From positions 960,001 through 1,024,000 of the forward strand of contig CBDEGZ010000003.1 in NCBI GenBank assembly GCA_965238175.1: 64,000 bases of DNA, in the 5' to 3' direction. This DNA comes from Gammaproteobacteria bacterium. GTDB lineage: Bacteria; Pseudomonadota; Gammaproteobacteria; CAJXQU01. Shown here piece after piece: positions 10,177-19,368 of the stretch. The notes under the pieces are model-generated. The model searched no databases. It worked only from the letters and a program-made list of their open reading frames with translations, and was not told the DNA's origin. Position numbers and translations under genes: made by a program. Numbering within the stretch: the stretch's first letter is position 1; each line of letters begins with the position of its first letter.

Positions 10177-10484
10177 GAGAAAAACCCAAACTCTACACTA
10201 TATTTAAGAGAACGCGTTAGTACTCATTACTAGCATCAGTAGCCCTACAATTTTTAGAGGCCTTCCAGAAATTAATCATCGTCAGGCTTACAGGGATCCC
10301 TCAGGACCTGATCCTTTCTTTTTTTTCTTTTTCTCACCTTAGTTTTATACTAAAGTGGTGCGTTTCGTTTTAGAATGTGGGCCTTTACTTTTCCCAGTTG
10401 GCCGTCACCTTATATTTATTGGGATAAGAGAAATAAAGCATATGTTAAAGAATGGCTGTTCGATTGACAGATAACTCAAACGTT

Positions 10485-10931
10485 ATGTTGAAAGGAACAC
10501 TCCTATATATTGTAATTTTCTTTATAAGTATTGCATGGCTTTCATGTTCAAAGCCCCTACCCAATAATTCATTTCAATTTGATAAGGCAGACAATGTAAA
10601 ACTTAATGGCATTGACCTCACCCACAGCCAGATTGATAATATCGAAAAATTATTGAACAACTTACCGAATGCTAAAAAAGACACTTATAGCCGGGCGCCT
10701 CTATTCATTACGTCATTTGAAAATGATAAGCTAAAACAGGTAATATCAATTTTCAAAAAAGAGATGTTCGTTTATAAGGGCGTTGACTTGGATTCCTGGG
10801 AAGATCGGATGAAAGGAAAGGAATCCAAAGGATACAAAGCTAATAAAGCTTTAATTGAATTATTAGAGGACATAGTGAACAAAAAACATAACAAAACATT
10901 CAAGACGGACCAGCTACCGCCGGCCGCTTAA
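10485..10931 (+). CDS. Hypothetical lipoprotein, integron cassette gene
   Basis: ATG lies in the cassette 5' box GTTATGT (10482-10488); lipobox-like AWLSC; ORF runs into the attC (KHNK...). Confidence 0.75.
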   Translation: MLKGTLLYIVIFFISIAWLSCSKPLPNNSFQFDKADNVKLNGIDLTHSQIDNIEKLLNNLPNAKKDTYSRAPLFITSFENDKLKQVISIFKKEMFVYKGVDLDSWEDRMKGKESKGYKANKALIELLEDIVNKKHNKTFKTDQLPPAA

Positions 10932-10945
10932 CTGGACTGTTATGT
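10886..10945 (+). repeat. attC site (60 bp)
   Basis: R'' ACATAAC and R' GTTATGT are exact complements; R'' also complements the cassette's own 5' GTTATGT. Confidence 0.85.
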
Positions 10946-11113
10946 TAAAAAGATGAACACATGATACAGCATAAATATACAGGGTTAGACCACAGGAAGC
11001 AGAATGTAGAAGAAAATGTTGTTGATGCCATTTTTCATTACGATAATGATCTTTGTGAGATTGAGCTAAAGAAATGTCTTAAACAACAAGTTCATCAGGG
11101 TCAGGCCTTACAA

Positions 11114-11142
11114 TTGACATTCTCCAGCCTCTTCCTTATTCT
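11114..11142 (+). promoter_or_regulatory. Sigma70 promoter of the RAYT gene, with the -35 inside the REP end
   Basis: TTGACA-N17-TATTCT. Confidence 0.6.
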
Positions 11143-11168
11143 GGGTCGTTTTATATTAAGGTATCCTT

Positions 11169-12014
11169 ATGGCTAGGCCATTACGCATTGAGTATTCAGG
11201 GGCGCTTTACCACGTCACATCCCGGGGTAACGCGCAGCAGGATATATATCTGAGCGATGACGACAGGCGACAATTTCTCACGTTACTAAGCAATGTCTGT
11301 GAGCGACATCAGTGGTATTGTCATGCCTATTGTTTGATGTCGAATCACTACCATCTATTGATCGAAACACAGACACCGACTCTTTCCAAGGGAATGAAAT
11401 ACCTCAATGGTAGCTACACGCAATATTTTAATCGCAATCATCAGCGGGTAGGGCATGTATTTCAGGGGCGATTTAAAGCGATTATGCTGGAGGCCGAGAG
11501 TTATCTGTTGGAACTGTGTCGCTATATTGTATTAAATCCAGTTCGGGCACAGATGGTTAGGTCGGCTAAGGATTGGCCGTGGAGCAGTTACCGCGCTACA
11601 GCAGGTATGACTAAGCCGGTCAATGCGTTGACAACAGATTGGGTATTGGGTTGTTTTAGTAAGCAAAAAAAGCGCGCTATTAAGGGTTATAGATTGTTTG
11701 TTTCAGAAGGTAGAAATCAGCCGTCCCCATGGAAGGCATTAAAGAATCAGGTGTTTCTAGGCTCCGATGAGTTTGTTGAAGATACCCAGAACAAGCTTAA
11801 GGAAGAGCATTCTCTGGTGGATATTCCCAGGTCGCAAAAGCTAACCCCATCCCAACCGCTGACTTACTATTTGGCCGAATACCCAGATAAAGAAGGAATG
11901 GCGCGAGCCTATTTGAGTGGGCATTATACGTTAAAGGAAGTAGGCGTGGCCTATTCCAAAAGCTATGCAACGGTGAGTCGTGCCGTGAAGGCTTTTGAAA
12001 GGGCAAGTGGATAG
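11169..12014 (+). CDS. REP-associated tyrosine transposase (Y1 HUH) with C-terminal HTH
   Basis: MARPLRIEYSGALYHVTSRGN, YCLMSNHYHLL (HUH), GHVFQGRF, RYIVLNPVRA, WPWSS. Confidence 0.92.
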   Translation: MARPLRIEYSGALYHVTSRGNAQQDIYLSDDDRRQFLTLLSNVCERHQWYCHAYCLMSNHYHLLIETQTPTLSKGMKYLNGSYTQYFNRNHQRVGHVFQGRFKAIMLEAESYLLELCRYIVLNPVRAQMVRSAKDWPWSSYRATAGMTKPVNALTTDWVLGCFSKQKKRAIKGYRLFVSEGRNQPSPWKALKNQVFLGSDEFVEDTQNKLKEEHSLVDIPRSQKLTPSQPLTYYLAEYPDKEGMARAYLSGHYTLKEVGVAYSKSYATVSRAVKAFERASG

Positions 12015-12059
12015 AAATCGGCATTATATCAAATGTAAGTCCTGACCCTATTTACCTAG

Positions 12060-12287
12060 CAGGTATTCTTTCCCAAAGAGCTTGGCCCTGTTGATGGTGA
12101 ACTTGACGTTATTGCACCGTTTAAAAATCTGGATGAAGTCACCGATCAGATCATCAACAAAACCACGGGTGGTGGCTGGTTCCTGATCCCATGGAACCGC
12201 CGCAATCAGACGGGCGCTTTAGAGATCACCAACGGGCTTGGGCAAGCGGGCGCGCGTGAAGGCCGCCAAAGTGAATGTGACCAATAG
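12060..12287 (+). pseudogene. 5'-truncated gene fragment starting just after the RAYT right end
   Basis: Open frame QVFFPKELGP...GRQSECDQ* with no start codon; followed by an RBS (AGGAG) and the next ORF. Confidence 0.4.
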
Positions 12288-12295
12288 GAGTAGAT

Positions 12296-12836
12296 ATGCT
12301 AGATTTTAAAGAGATATACAGCCTATTTGATCAGTCAATCGCGCTCTATGAAGTTGGTGCCAACCGCCTCGATGAAATAGTTGAGCAATTAGGTGATCAT
12401 GTCCTTCATAGAAAGCCGTTACCACCAGAAATTCTACGAATGATGGAAAACAGCGCGCCCTTGCAAAGTGACATCAGAACGCAAATGGGAAATCTATAAT
12501 GAATTGCGAAAAATGCCGAATTTGTTACGGCGGTCACAAAAGTTTTTGCGTGAGTCTTTAGGTGAAGGGGATGCTATTAGTTCTTTAACATATGCATACG
12601 CATATGTTAAATACCAAAGATCCTACCAAGATCAATTGGGGTTTTGGAACAAATTGGAAGACCCCGCTTTGATGGATTTTGAGAAAAAAAGCTATGATGT
12701 TGCTTTACGTCTCAGTGATATTTTTACGATTGTGTCTGAAGATGGCAGCATGCCGTATTCAAATGATACAGCAGATGTAGCCCTTGCAGCCGAACTCTCA
12801 CGCAATAACCCATGGGCGAAATACGCAACAAAATAA
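12296..12836 (+). pseudogene. Probably frameshifted hypothetical gene
   Basis: Two overlapping ORFs (12296-12499, 12468-12836); only the first has an RBS. Confidence 0.45.
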
Positions 12837-12957
12837 CTTAAAGGGGGGGATTCAATTTCAAAGTGCACTATCGCTGTTAATGGCGTGTTTTGGAGTGGAA
12901 ACCGTCCAAATGCTATTCTACTTATTTTTTAGAATGGGTGGCTTAATCTAAAGTTTA

Positions 12958-12990
12958 TCAGGGTCAGACCTTACAATTGACATTCTCCAG
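12958..12990 (+). repeat. Solo RAYT left end (REP-like)
   Basis: TCAGGGTCAGACCTTACAATTGACATTCTCCAG has 1 mismatch to 11095-11127. Confidence 0.85.
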
Positions 12991-12992
12991 TC

Positions 12993-13090
12993 TGGTAGAT
13001 CCACGTTTTAAGTGTAACTCTCCTTAATTAAAGTTACTAGATTAGCTAGTAATTGCTTAATAGAAAATTGCACTTAAAACGGATCCCTCA
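12993..13090. mobile_element. ~98-bp miniature element with TG...CA inverted termini
   Basis: TGGTAGATCCACGTTTTAAGTGTAA versus reverse complement of right end TGAGGGATCCGTTTTAAGTGCAA. Confidence 0.5.
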
Positions 13091-13111
13091 GGGTTAGATA
13101 CTGTCTTAAAT

Positions 13112-14337
13112 TGTAGAAGTTTAGACCCAATCTGACACATCACTAAATCAAGCGGAGCGTAGCGACGCTTGATTTAGTGAGAGTTACCCGCTTTGATGTA
13201 ACTGCAACGTAAACATCAAAACACAAAGAGGTAACTCTCATGATTCATACTAATGACAAAGTTATAAAACATAAAGTTGGTCTACTCAATCTCGCTGAAG
13301 AACTCGGCAATGTCTCAAAAGCCTGCAAGATGATGGGTTTGTCCAGAGATACATTTTATCGCTACAAAGAAGCGGCTGATGAAGGCGGTGTAGAAGCCTT
13401 GTTTGATCGTAATCGGCGTACCCCAAATCTTAAAAACAGAATCGACCCGGCTATTGAAACCGTTGTGCTCGAGTATGCACTGGAAGAGCCCGCACATGGT
13501 CAAACGCGCACCAGTAACGAGCTGCGCAAACGGGGAACATTTGTCTCACCCAGTGGCGTTCGTTGTATCTGGCTTCGTCATGGTCTTGCTTGCTTTAAAG
13601 ATCGCCTGAAGGCATTGTCTGATAAGGTAGCTGGTGAAGGCTTGATCCTCACTGAGTCTCAAGTCGCGGCGATGGAACGCAAAAAAGACGACGATGAGGC
13701 TTGTGGCGAGATAGAAACGGCACACCCTGGTTATCTTGGCTCGCAAGATACTTACTATGTCGGTACTTTCAAAGGCATTGGTCGGGTTTATCAACAAACG
13801 TTTGTTGATACTTACAGCAAGGTCGCTCACGCGAAACTGTACCCGACTAAAACACCGATTACGGCAGCTGACATGCTCAATGACCGCGTCCTCCCATTCT
13901 ACGAAGAACAACGTTTGCCTATGTTGCGCATTTTGACAGATAGAGGGACGGAGTATTGTGGGCGAGCTGACCAGCATGATTATCAGCTTTATATGGCGTT
14001 GAACAATATCGAACACACCAAAACCAAGGTCAAATCACCTCAGACGAATGGTATTTGTGAGCGATTCCATAAGACGATCCTCAATGAGTTTTATCAAGTC
14101 GCTTTGCGTAAGAAAATTTACCAATCGATTGATGAACTGCAACTCGACCTTGACGAATGGTTGCTCAAATACAATACTCAACGAACTCACCAAGGCAAAA
14201 TGTGCTGCGGGAGGACGCCGATGGAAACACTCATCGACGGACAAGCTATCTGGAAGGAAAAGTTTGTGAATTAAACTTAACCTGACAGTCGGTTACTGAT
14301 AATTGGGTAACTGTCAGATCAAATCTGAATTTCTACA
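13112..14337 (+). mobile_element. IS481-family insertion sequence, copy 2
   Basis: Same 1226-bp element; flanks CTTAAAT/CTTAAAG (6/7 match); one synonymous SNP seen versus copies 1 and 3. Confidence 0.95.
13240..14274 (+). CDS. IS481-family DDE transposase
   Basis: Protein identical to 6379-7413. Confidence 0.95.
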   Translation: MIHTNDKVIKHKVGLLNLAEELGNVSKACKMMGLSRDTFYRYKEAADEGGVEALFDRNRRTPNLKNRIDPAIETVVLEYALEEPAHGQTRTSNELRKRGTFVSPSGVRCIWLRHGLACFKDRLKALSDKVAGEGLILTESQVAAMERKKDDDEACGEIETAHPGYLGSQDTYYVGTFKGIGRVYQQTFVDTYSKVAHAKLYPTKTPITAADMLNDRVLPFYEEQRLPMLRILTDRGTEYCGRADQHDYQLYMALNNIEHTKTKVKSPQTNGICERFHKTILNEFYQVALRKKIYQSIDELQLDLDEWLLKYNTQRTHQGKMCCGRTPMETLIDGQAIWKEKFVN

Positions 14338-14523
14338 CTTAAAGATCAAGTCTAAATGCCATTAATTTGATAATGAACATCAAAGGGTTTACCTGATTTC
14401 AACACCCCATAAGCCAACACCAACAGCTTTCGCATCACCGCGACCAATGCGACTTTCTTAGGCTTGCCTTTTGCCAATAGCTTTTTATAGAATTAATTCT
14501 GACTCTTGTTGGTTTTGATTCCT

Positions 14524-15135
14524 TCATGAGTATTCTAACCATCCTGTCATAACATACTTCGTGCCTTTAAGAGGTGGATTACCACGATGAAGATGTGTCC
14601 AACCAGCAGGCCAGATAACGCATCTACCAGCTTTTGGTTGTACTCGACGACTCTGATACAAAAATTCTGTCTCACCACCTTCTTCGACATCATTTAAGTA
14701 CAACATATAAGCACTATGTCTGCGAAGAAAACTTAGAGCTCCATTCTCATGATGCCAGACATGATAACCACCTGATGGTTCTGTTCTCTGTATTTTGTAA
14801 GTGAAGATAGTATGTGGAGGAATATCGTTCAGAACTTGAAACTGATCGCAGTAATGTTTGTATGCTTGATTCCAGAAAGCATCGTTAAAGCCATCTATGA
14901 ACCCAACTAAGTTTTCATAATTAAAATCAATTTCACTGTGACTATTTGGATTTAGAAACACAGAAAAATCTTTTACCGTTAATCCTTCAGACTCTAGTTC
15001 CGTATCTTCTCTCGACCTTCCGTAAGTTTTATTGTTTTTATTACACCACTCAAAGTACTCGATGAGTTCCTGGCAATATTCTTTACTGACCATATCATCA
15101 TATACACCAATGAAATCTTCATTCTGTACATCCAT
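14524..15135 (-). CDS. 2OG-Fe(II) oxygenase, marine T4-like phage type
   Basis: GYHVWHHE, LYLNDVEEGGETEFL, THLHRGNPP, KYVMTGW; RBS GAGGAG upstream of ATG at 15135. Confidence 0.85.
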   Translation of the reverse strand: MDVQNEDFIGVYDDMVSKEYCQELIEYFEWCNKNNKTYGRSREDTELESEGLTVKDFSVFLNPNSHSEIDFNYENLVGFIDGFNDAFWNQAYKHYCDQFQVLNDIPPHTIFTYKIQRTEPSGGYHVWHHENGALSFLRRHSAYMLYLNDVEEGGETEFLYQSRRVQPKAGRCVIWPAGWTHLHRGNPPLKGTKYVMTGWLEYS

Positions 15136-15154
15136 AACCACACACTCCTCAATT

Positions 15155-15385
15155 TAAGACCAATCTGGTCTTTCATACCATTAGCAAGACTAATTCTTTT
15201 ACCCTTAGTTACGGGTGTTGCTCTGTGTACTACGAAACTCGGAAAGCAACGAAACCACCCAATAACTTATCAGGATATTGATTATTGTCACAATCTAACA
15301 ACTCTAATTGACTGCCTTCAAAATCTTCAGGTGATGGCAATAGAACAGATGCTGAAACTTTTCTTTGTTGTTGTACATATGACAG
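15155..15385 (-). pseudogene. Decayed C-terminal part of a PKHD-type 2OG-Fe(II) oxygenase
   Basis: RKVSASVLL..EDFEGSQLE...F/SFVVHRATPVTKGKRISL with frameshifts. Confidence 0.6.
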
Positions 15386-15679
15386 TTATTTAAAATCAAT
15401 AGGGTCATTGAAAGCAAAATATCAATCGAAATTGACCTTATTGATACACAGAGTACCGTACGTGTTGCAATTCATGCAAAGCAAAGGCCAAGTTCAGGGA
15501 ATGCCTTGGTTTAAACGAAAATAGGGCGTGAAAATGGATCACAAATTCTTACTATATTGGGTGATTTAGAGATTCTTTTTTTGACAAAGATGATGAGGAT
15601 TATGAATGGCCTGCCTGCATATATATTATTGGGACTGCTCTAACGAATTAGAATCGAGCCTCTACAACTCTGTGACGAA

Positions 15680-15978
15680 TATGCTTGAGAAGCGCGTTAA
15701 AGGTTTGAAGAAAACTAAGGTGCTGATGCAGGAAAAAATGGCAAATTGTCATCGTCCGGTGAGAGGGATAGCGAAACTTATAGAATCGCAATAGAATTCC
15801 TCGCAAAGCCTTATAAAATCTGGTTTTCCAAGTGACTAGAAGATAAGCGGAGAGTGCTAAAATTGGCTTTTGCAGACCGATTGACTTATGTGTGTGGGAA
15901 GGGTTATAGAACTGCAAAAACGATTTACCTTTCAAAGTGTTAAGGAAATATTTTACTCAAAAAGAAGTAATGGTGGGC
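15680..15978 (+). pseudogene. 3' relic of an older serine integrase homologous to 33389-34948
   Basis: Aligns with ~34615-34912 (LEKRVK..QEK.ANC.RPV; EFLAKPY; EDKR.VLKLAFADRLTYV; LPFKVL; QKEVMVG) with stops and frameshifts. Confidence 0.9.
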
Positions 15979-16077
15979 ATCGATGTGGAAACATCGAACC
16001 AACTTTTCGAGACTTTAGCAGAATGGGATGACTACTTACAACACCATGTTCCATACTTTCAGGAGCCACAACCATGA
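15970..16077 (+). other. Left att junction plus detached integrase C-terminal coding segment
   Basis: MVG|IDVETSNQLFETLAEWDDYLQHHVPYFQEPQP* is in the same frame as the integrase MVG; its stop overlaps the mobC ATG (ATGA). Confidence 0.75.
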
Positions 16078-16517
16078 GCGCCGTAGTCAATCAAAAGCTA
16101 CGGGCTACGACAGCATTTCAAGCAGTTTCCGGTAAACAAAACTCTCACCCCGGCAAACGTGCTGCTCCTTTTTCACTTCGACTGACAGCCGACGAAAGAG
16201 CCTACCTTGAACAATTAGCAGGTAATCGCTCTCTGAGCGCCTACATCCGAGAACAGTTATTGGGTGACAAGGTACATAAACGCCGTGTCTTAAGAAAACC
16301 CAAAATGGATGAGGCGCAATACGCTTCCTTACTGGCAGCATTAGGGCAATCCCATCTCTCATCCAACCTCAACCAATTGGCAAAACATGCCAACATGGGC
16401 ACACTGGATGTTTCAGAAGAAACGGAACGACAATTGGAGGAAGCGTATAAAACCATCTTGGTGGTGCGAGAAACCTTATTGATGGCCTTGGGTCTCAAAA
16501 CAGGAGATAGCACATGA
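16074..16517 (+). CDS. mobC: MobC-like relaxosome accessory protein (RHH)
   Basis: FSLRLTADER, SLSAYIRE, LSSNLNQLAKHAN; overlaps the relaxase start. Confidence 0.9.
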   Translation: MSAVVNQKLRATTAFQAVSGKQNSHPGKRAAPFSLRLTADERAYLEQLAGNRSLSAYIREQLLGDKVHKRRVLRKPKMDEAQYASLLAALGQSHLSSNLNQLAKHANMGTLDVSEETERQLEEAYKTILVVRETLLMALGLKTGDST

Positions 16518-17797
16518 ACCTGCAAGGCAGTCAACGCGGTGGCGCAAAAGACCTAGCATTGCATCTTCTCAAAGAAGAGAACGAACATGTTGAAGTGCAT
16601 GAGCTACGTGGGTTTGTGTCTGATGATTTAGTCTCTGCCCTCAACGAAACCCATGCAATTAGTCGTGGCACCAAAGCCAAACAATTCTTGTTTTCTCTTA
16701 GCCTGAACCCACCTCCAAAAGAAAACGTTTCAACAAAGACGTTTGAGGATGCGATACAACGGGTGGAAGACAAGCTAAACCTGACCAATCAACCCCGCGG
16801 CATTGTCTTTCATGAAAAACAGGGGCGTCGTCACGCACATGCGGTCTGGTCGCGCATTGATACAGAAACCATGAAAGCTATTCCGTTACCGCACACACGT
16901 TACAAACTCAGAGATATTTCCCGCGAGTTATATTTAGAAAATGGCTGGGATATGCCAAAGGGTTATCTGAATTCCAAAGAACGTGATCCTAAAAATTTTA
17001 CCCATGCTCAATGGCAGCAAGCCAAACGCTTGGGTAAAGACCCACGAGAAATAAAGGCTGCGTTTCAGGAGAGTTGGTCAATCAGTGATACTCAAAGCGC
17101 TTTTCAGCAGGCCTTGAAAGAACGGGGTTACGCATTGGCAAAAGGTGATAGACGCGGTTTTGTCGCCCTCGACCATCGCTGTGAAGTCTTCTCAGTCCCA
17201 AAGTGGACAGGCCTTAAAACCAAAGACATCAAAACCAAACTCACCGAGAAAGAAAATCTGCCTTCGGTTGATACTGCCAGAGCGCAGATTTCCAAGGAGA
17301 TGCAATCACGGTTAACGACATTGCAAAGGCAACAACACGAAGCAATTGAGGGACGTGTGAGTGAGATTGAGCAAAAGCGGGTGCCGTTGATGCAAGCTCA
17401 GCAAGCTGAACGCCTTCAACTTAAAGCATCTCAGCAAACTCGCTGGCAAGCTGAAACCTTGCAACGACAGGCGCGATTTAATAAAGGGCTACGAGGATTG
17501 TTTGATCATGTCACAGGTCAGCGCCGCCGTATCCAAGAACAAAATGAGCAGGAAACCTATGAATCCAGCGAGCGCGATAAACAAGAAAAAGACACGTTAA
17601 TCTTTACACAACTCAATCAGCGGCGAATGTTACAGAGCCGTATTGAACGCTTGCAAGATTTTAAGCAGCACCGGGTTGAATCACTCTCCCATGACATTAA
17701 GCAATACCAAGAAGTCAGAGAGAGAAAACGTGAAGTTGTCGATTTTAAAGAGCGAATGCAACAGCGCCGCCAACGAGGGCCTGAACGTGAGCGTTAA
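16514..17797 (+). CDS. Relaxase/mobilization nuclease (MOBP/VirD2-like)
   Basis: FSLSLNP, HEKQGRRHAHAVWSRID (3H motif), coiled-coil C-terminal half, basic tail. Confidence 0.9.
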   Translation: MNLQGSQRGGAKDLALHLLKEENEHVEVHELRGFVSDDLVSALNETHAISRGTKAKQFLFSLSLNPPPKENVSTKTFEDAIQRVEDKLNLTNQPRGIVFHEKQGRRHAHAVWSRIDTETMKAIPLPHTRYKLRDISRELYLENGWDMPKGYLNSKERDPKNFTHAQWQQAKRLGKDPREIKAAFQESWSISDTQSAFQQALKERGYALAKGDRRGFVALDHRCEVFSVPKWTGLKTKDIKTKLTEKENLPSVDTARAQISKEMQSRLTTLQRQQHEAIEGRVSEIEQKRVPLMQAQQAERLQLKASQQTRWQAETLQRQARFNKGLRGLFDHVTGQRRRIQEQNEQETYESSERDKQEKDTLIFTQLNQRRMLQSRIERLQDFKQHRVESLSHDIKQYQEVRERKREVVDFKERMQQRRQRGPERER

Positions 17798-17837
17798 GCC
17801 AATTTTATCCATCCCCTAATAACAGGGGATTAATCGC

Positions 17838-17880
17838 TTGACCTCTCACTTAGTAGCAACTATATTTACGATTGACGTAA
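17838..17880 (+). promoter_or_regulatory. higBA promoter and palindromic operator
   Basis: TTGACC-N17-TATATT followed by TTACG-ATTGA-CGTAA. Confidence 0.6.
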
Positions 17881-17905
17881 CACGTACTTTTTGGTAATAT
17901 AAAAG

Positions 17906-18181
17906 ATGATAATAGACTTTAAGTGCAGGAAAACCGAACGTCTGTTTAATGGTGAACATATCCCGGCGTTTTCCGGCTTTAAGCGACAGGCTGAAAAACG
18001 CCTTCGTATATTGGATGCGGCAGATACACTTGGGGCGTTGCAAGCCTTGCCGAGTAACCGTTTTGAATCCTTATCCGGTGATCGGGCAGGACAATACAGT
18101 ATCCGCGTTAATATGCAGTGGCGTGTTTGTTTTACATGGGACGAAGGTGCTCACGATGTAGAGATAGTGGATTACCACTAG
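17906..18181 (+). CDS. higB: HigB (RelE/ParE-family) toxin
   Basis: LSGDRAGQYSIRVNMQWRVCF, VEIVDYH. Confidence 0.92.
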   Translation: MIIDFKCRKTERLFNGEHIPAFSGFKRQAEKRLRILDAADTLGALQALPSNRFESLSGDRAGQYSIRVNMQWRVCFTWDEGAHDVEIVDYH

Positions 18182-18193
18182 ATAGAGAAATGA

Positions 18194-18505
18194 ATGGAGT
18201 TAATCATGGCTAGAGAAGCAATACACCCCGGCGAAATTCTGGCAGATGAGCTGGAAGAAATCGGAATTACAGCGGCGGAATTATCGCGTCAAATTGATGT
18301 GCCACCCAACCGTATATCACATATTGTTCGTGGTATGCGGGATGTTACGGCGGATACGGCGCTAAGGCTCGGTCAGTTTTTTGGGACGGGGCCGGAGCTT
18401 TGGATGAATCTGCAAAAAACCTATGAACTAGATAAGGCGAAAGCCGAGTTAGGTGCAACGATTAAGAAAATACATCGCTGGCAGCCTCAAGACATGCATG
18501 TTTAA
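18194..18505 (+). CDS. higA: HigA HTH antitoxin
   Basis: IHPGEIL, VTADTALRL, WMNLQ. Confidence 0.92.
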   Translation: MELIMAREAIHPGEILADELEEIGITAAELSRQIDVPPNRISHIVRGMRDVTADTALRLGQFFGTGPELWMNLQKTYELDKAKAELGATIKKIHRWQPQDMHV

Positions 18506-18529
18506 GACGGTAGATTAAGGTATTAAGTT

Positions 18530-18690
18530 ATGGCGACAATGAATATTTCCTTACCGAGCCTATGCGTAAATGGGTCGAGTCCAGAACCGATGATGGTCAA
18601 TATGCGAATAATAGCGATTATGTGCGTGACTTAATTCGTAAAGATATACAGCGAGCCGAGAAAATTCAGCAAGAACTGGATAGTGAGTAA
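18530..18690 (+). pseudogene. ParD-like RHH antitoxin, frameshifted and truncated, no toxin partner
   Basis: MATMNISLP / EPMRKWVE..GQYANNSDYVRDLIRKD; 1-nt deletion near codon 9. Confidence 0.75.
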
Positions 18691-18800
18691 TGGGTAGCAT
18701 ATAAGCAAAGTATTAATTTTTTCGGTAGAAGTTCAATTAGCTGCTAGAGACTACCAACAGTCCCCTGACAGATTGAGACATCAATAATTGGAGAATAACT

Positions 18801-19124
18801 ATGCCAGATTATCACAACTACTATGGTAGTGCAGAGGATCCCACTGAAAAGCACAAAGTTGAGTCTGGGGGAATTCGACGTTATACGAAGAGCAGTGTTT
18901 TCTTCGCTAGTTTTCAACGTTGGAAACCAGGTATTTTGTGGAGGTTCACACCAAATACTAGGCTTGTTGAGTTCACAAACAATTCAGGCAAAGGATGGGT
19001 AACTATGACAGGTTTAGATGGTCCTTCGGATAAACAAACATTCTATGCTTACCAGAACGTGAAAAGTCTGGAACAGGAGATAGCTAAACAAGGTGTGCTG
19101 AAAGAGCCCCGCTACCCAGAATAA
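18801..19124 (+). CDS. Hypothetical protein
   Basis: 107-aa ORF with a GGAG RBS. Confidence 0.6.
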   Translation: MPDYHNYYGSAEDPTEKHKVESGGIRRYTKSSVFFASFQRWKPGILWRFTPNTRLVEFTNNSGKGWVTMTGLDGPSDKQTFYAYQNVKSLEQEIAKQGVLKEPRYPE

Positions 19125-19368
19125 TGGGGCAAATAAACCGATGCTGCCTAACAAGTTCGGGCAACGCATTTCTCGTTTTGTCGTTATTCTCTATAAATAT
19201 CATTAATACATAGGTGAGTTTTCAATCAGTTCCCGCAGGCCATTAAGGAGCGGCCCAAGGTCATCACCCTCAATGATTTTTATTACTTCTTCTTCATGGT
19301 CGGCCAGTTCCGCAATTAACGTACCGTAGGCTTTCATATAAATCCGGTAGTGGTAGAGCGTTTTGGCA

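Larger units (their letters stand above)
11098..12048 (+). mobile_element. RAYT element bounded by ~23-bp imperfect inverted REP-like ends
   Basis: Left end GGGTCAGGCCTTACAATTGACAT; right end ATATCAAATGTAAGTCCTGACCC; no target duplication. Confidence 0.8.

Noticed and set aside
6236-13093. REP-like repeats as a CRISPR array
   Set aside because: Irregular spacing, mixed orientation and no cas genes.
19146-19189. attC-like GCCTAAC...GTTATTC after ORF 18801
   Set aside because: Only the R'' box is convincing; no inner stem or matching cassette 5' box. May be a relic.
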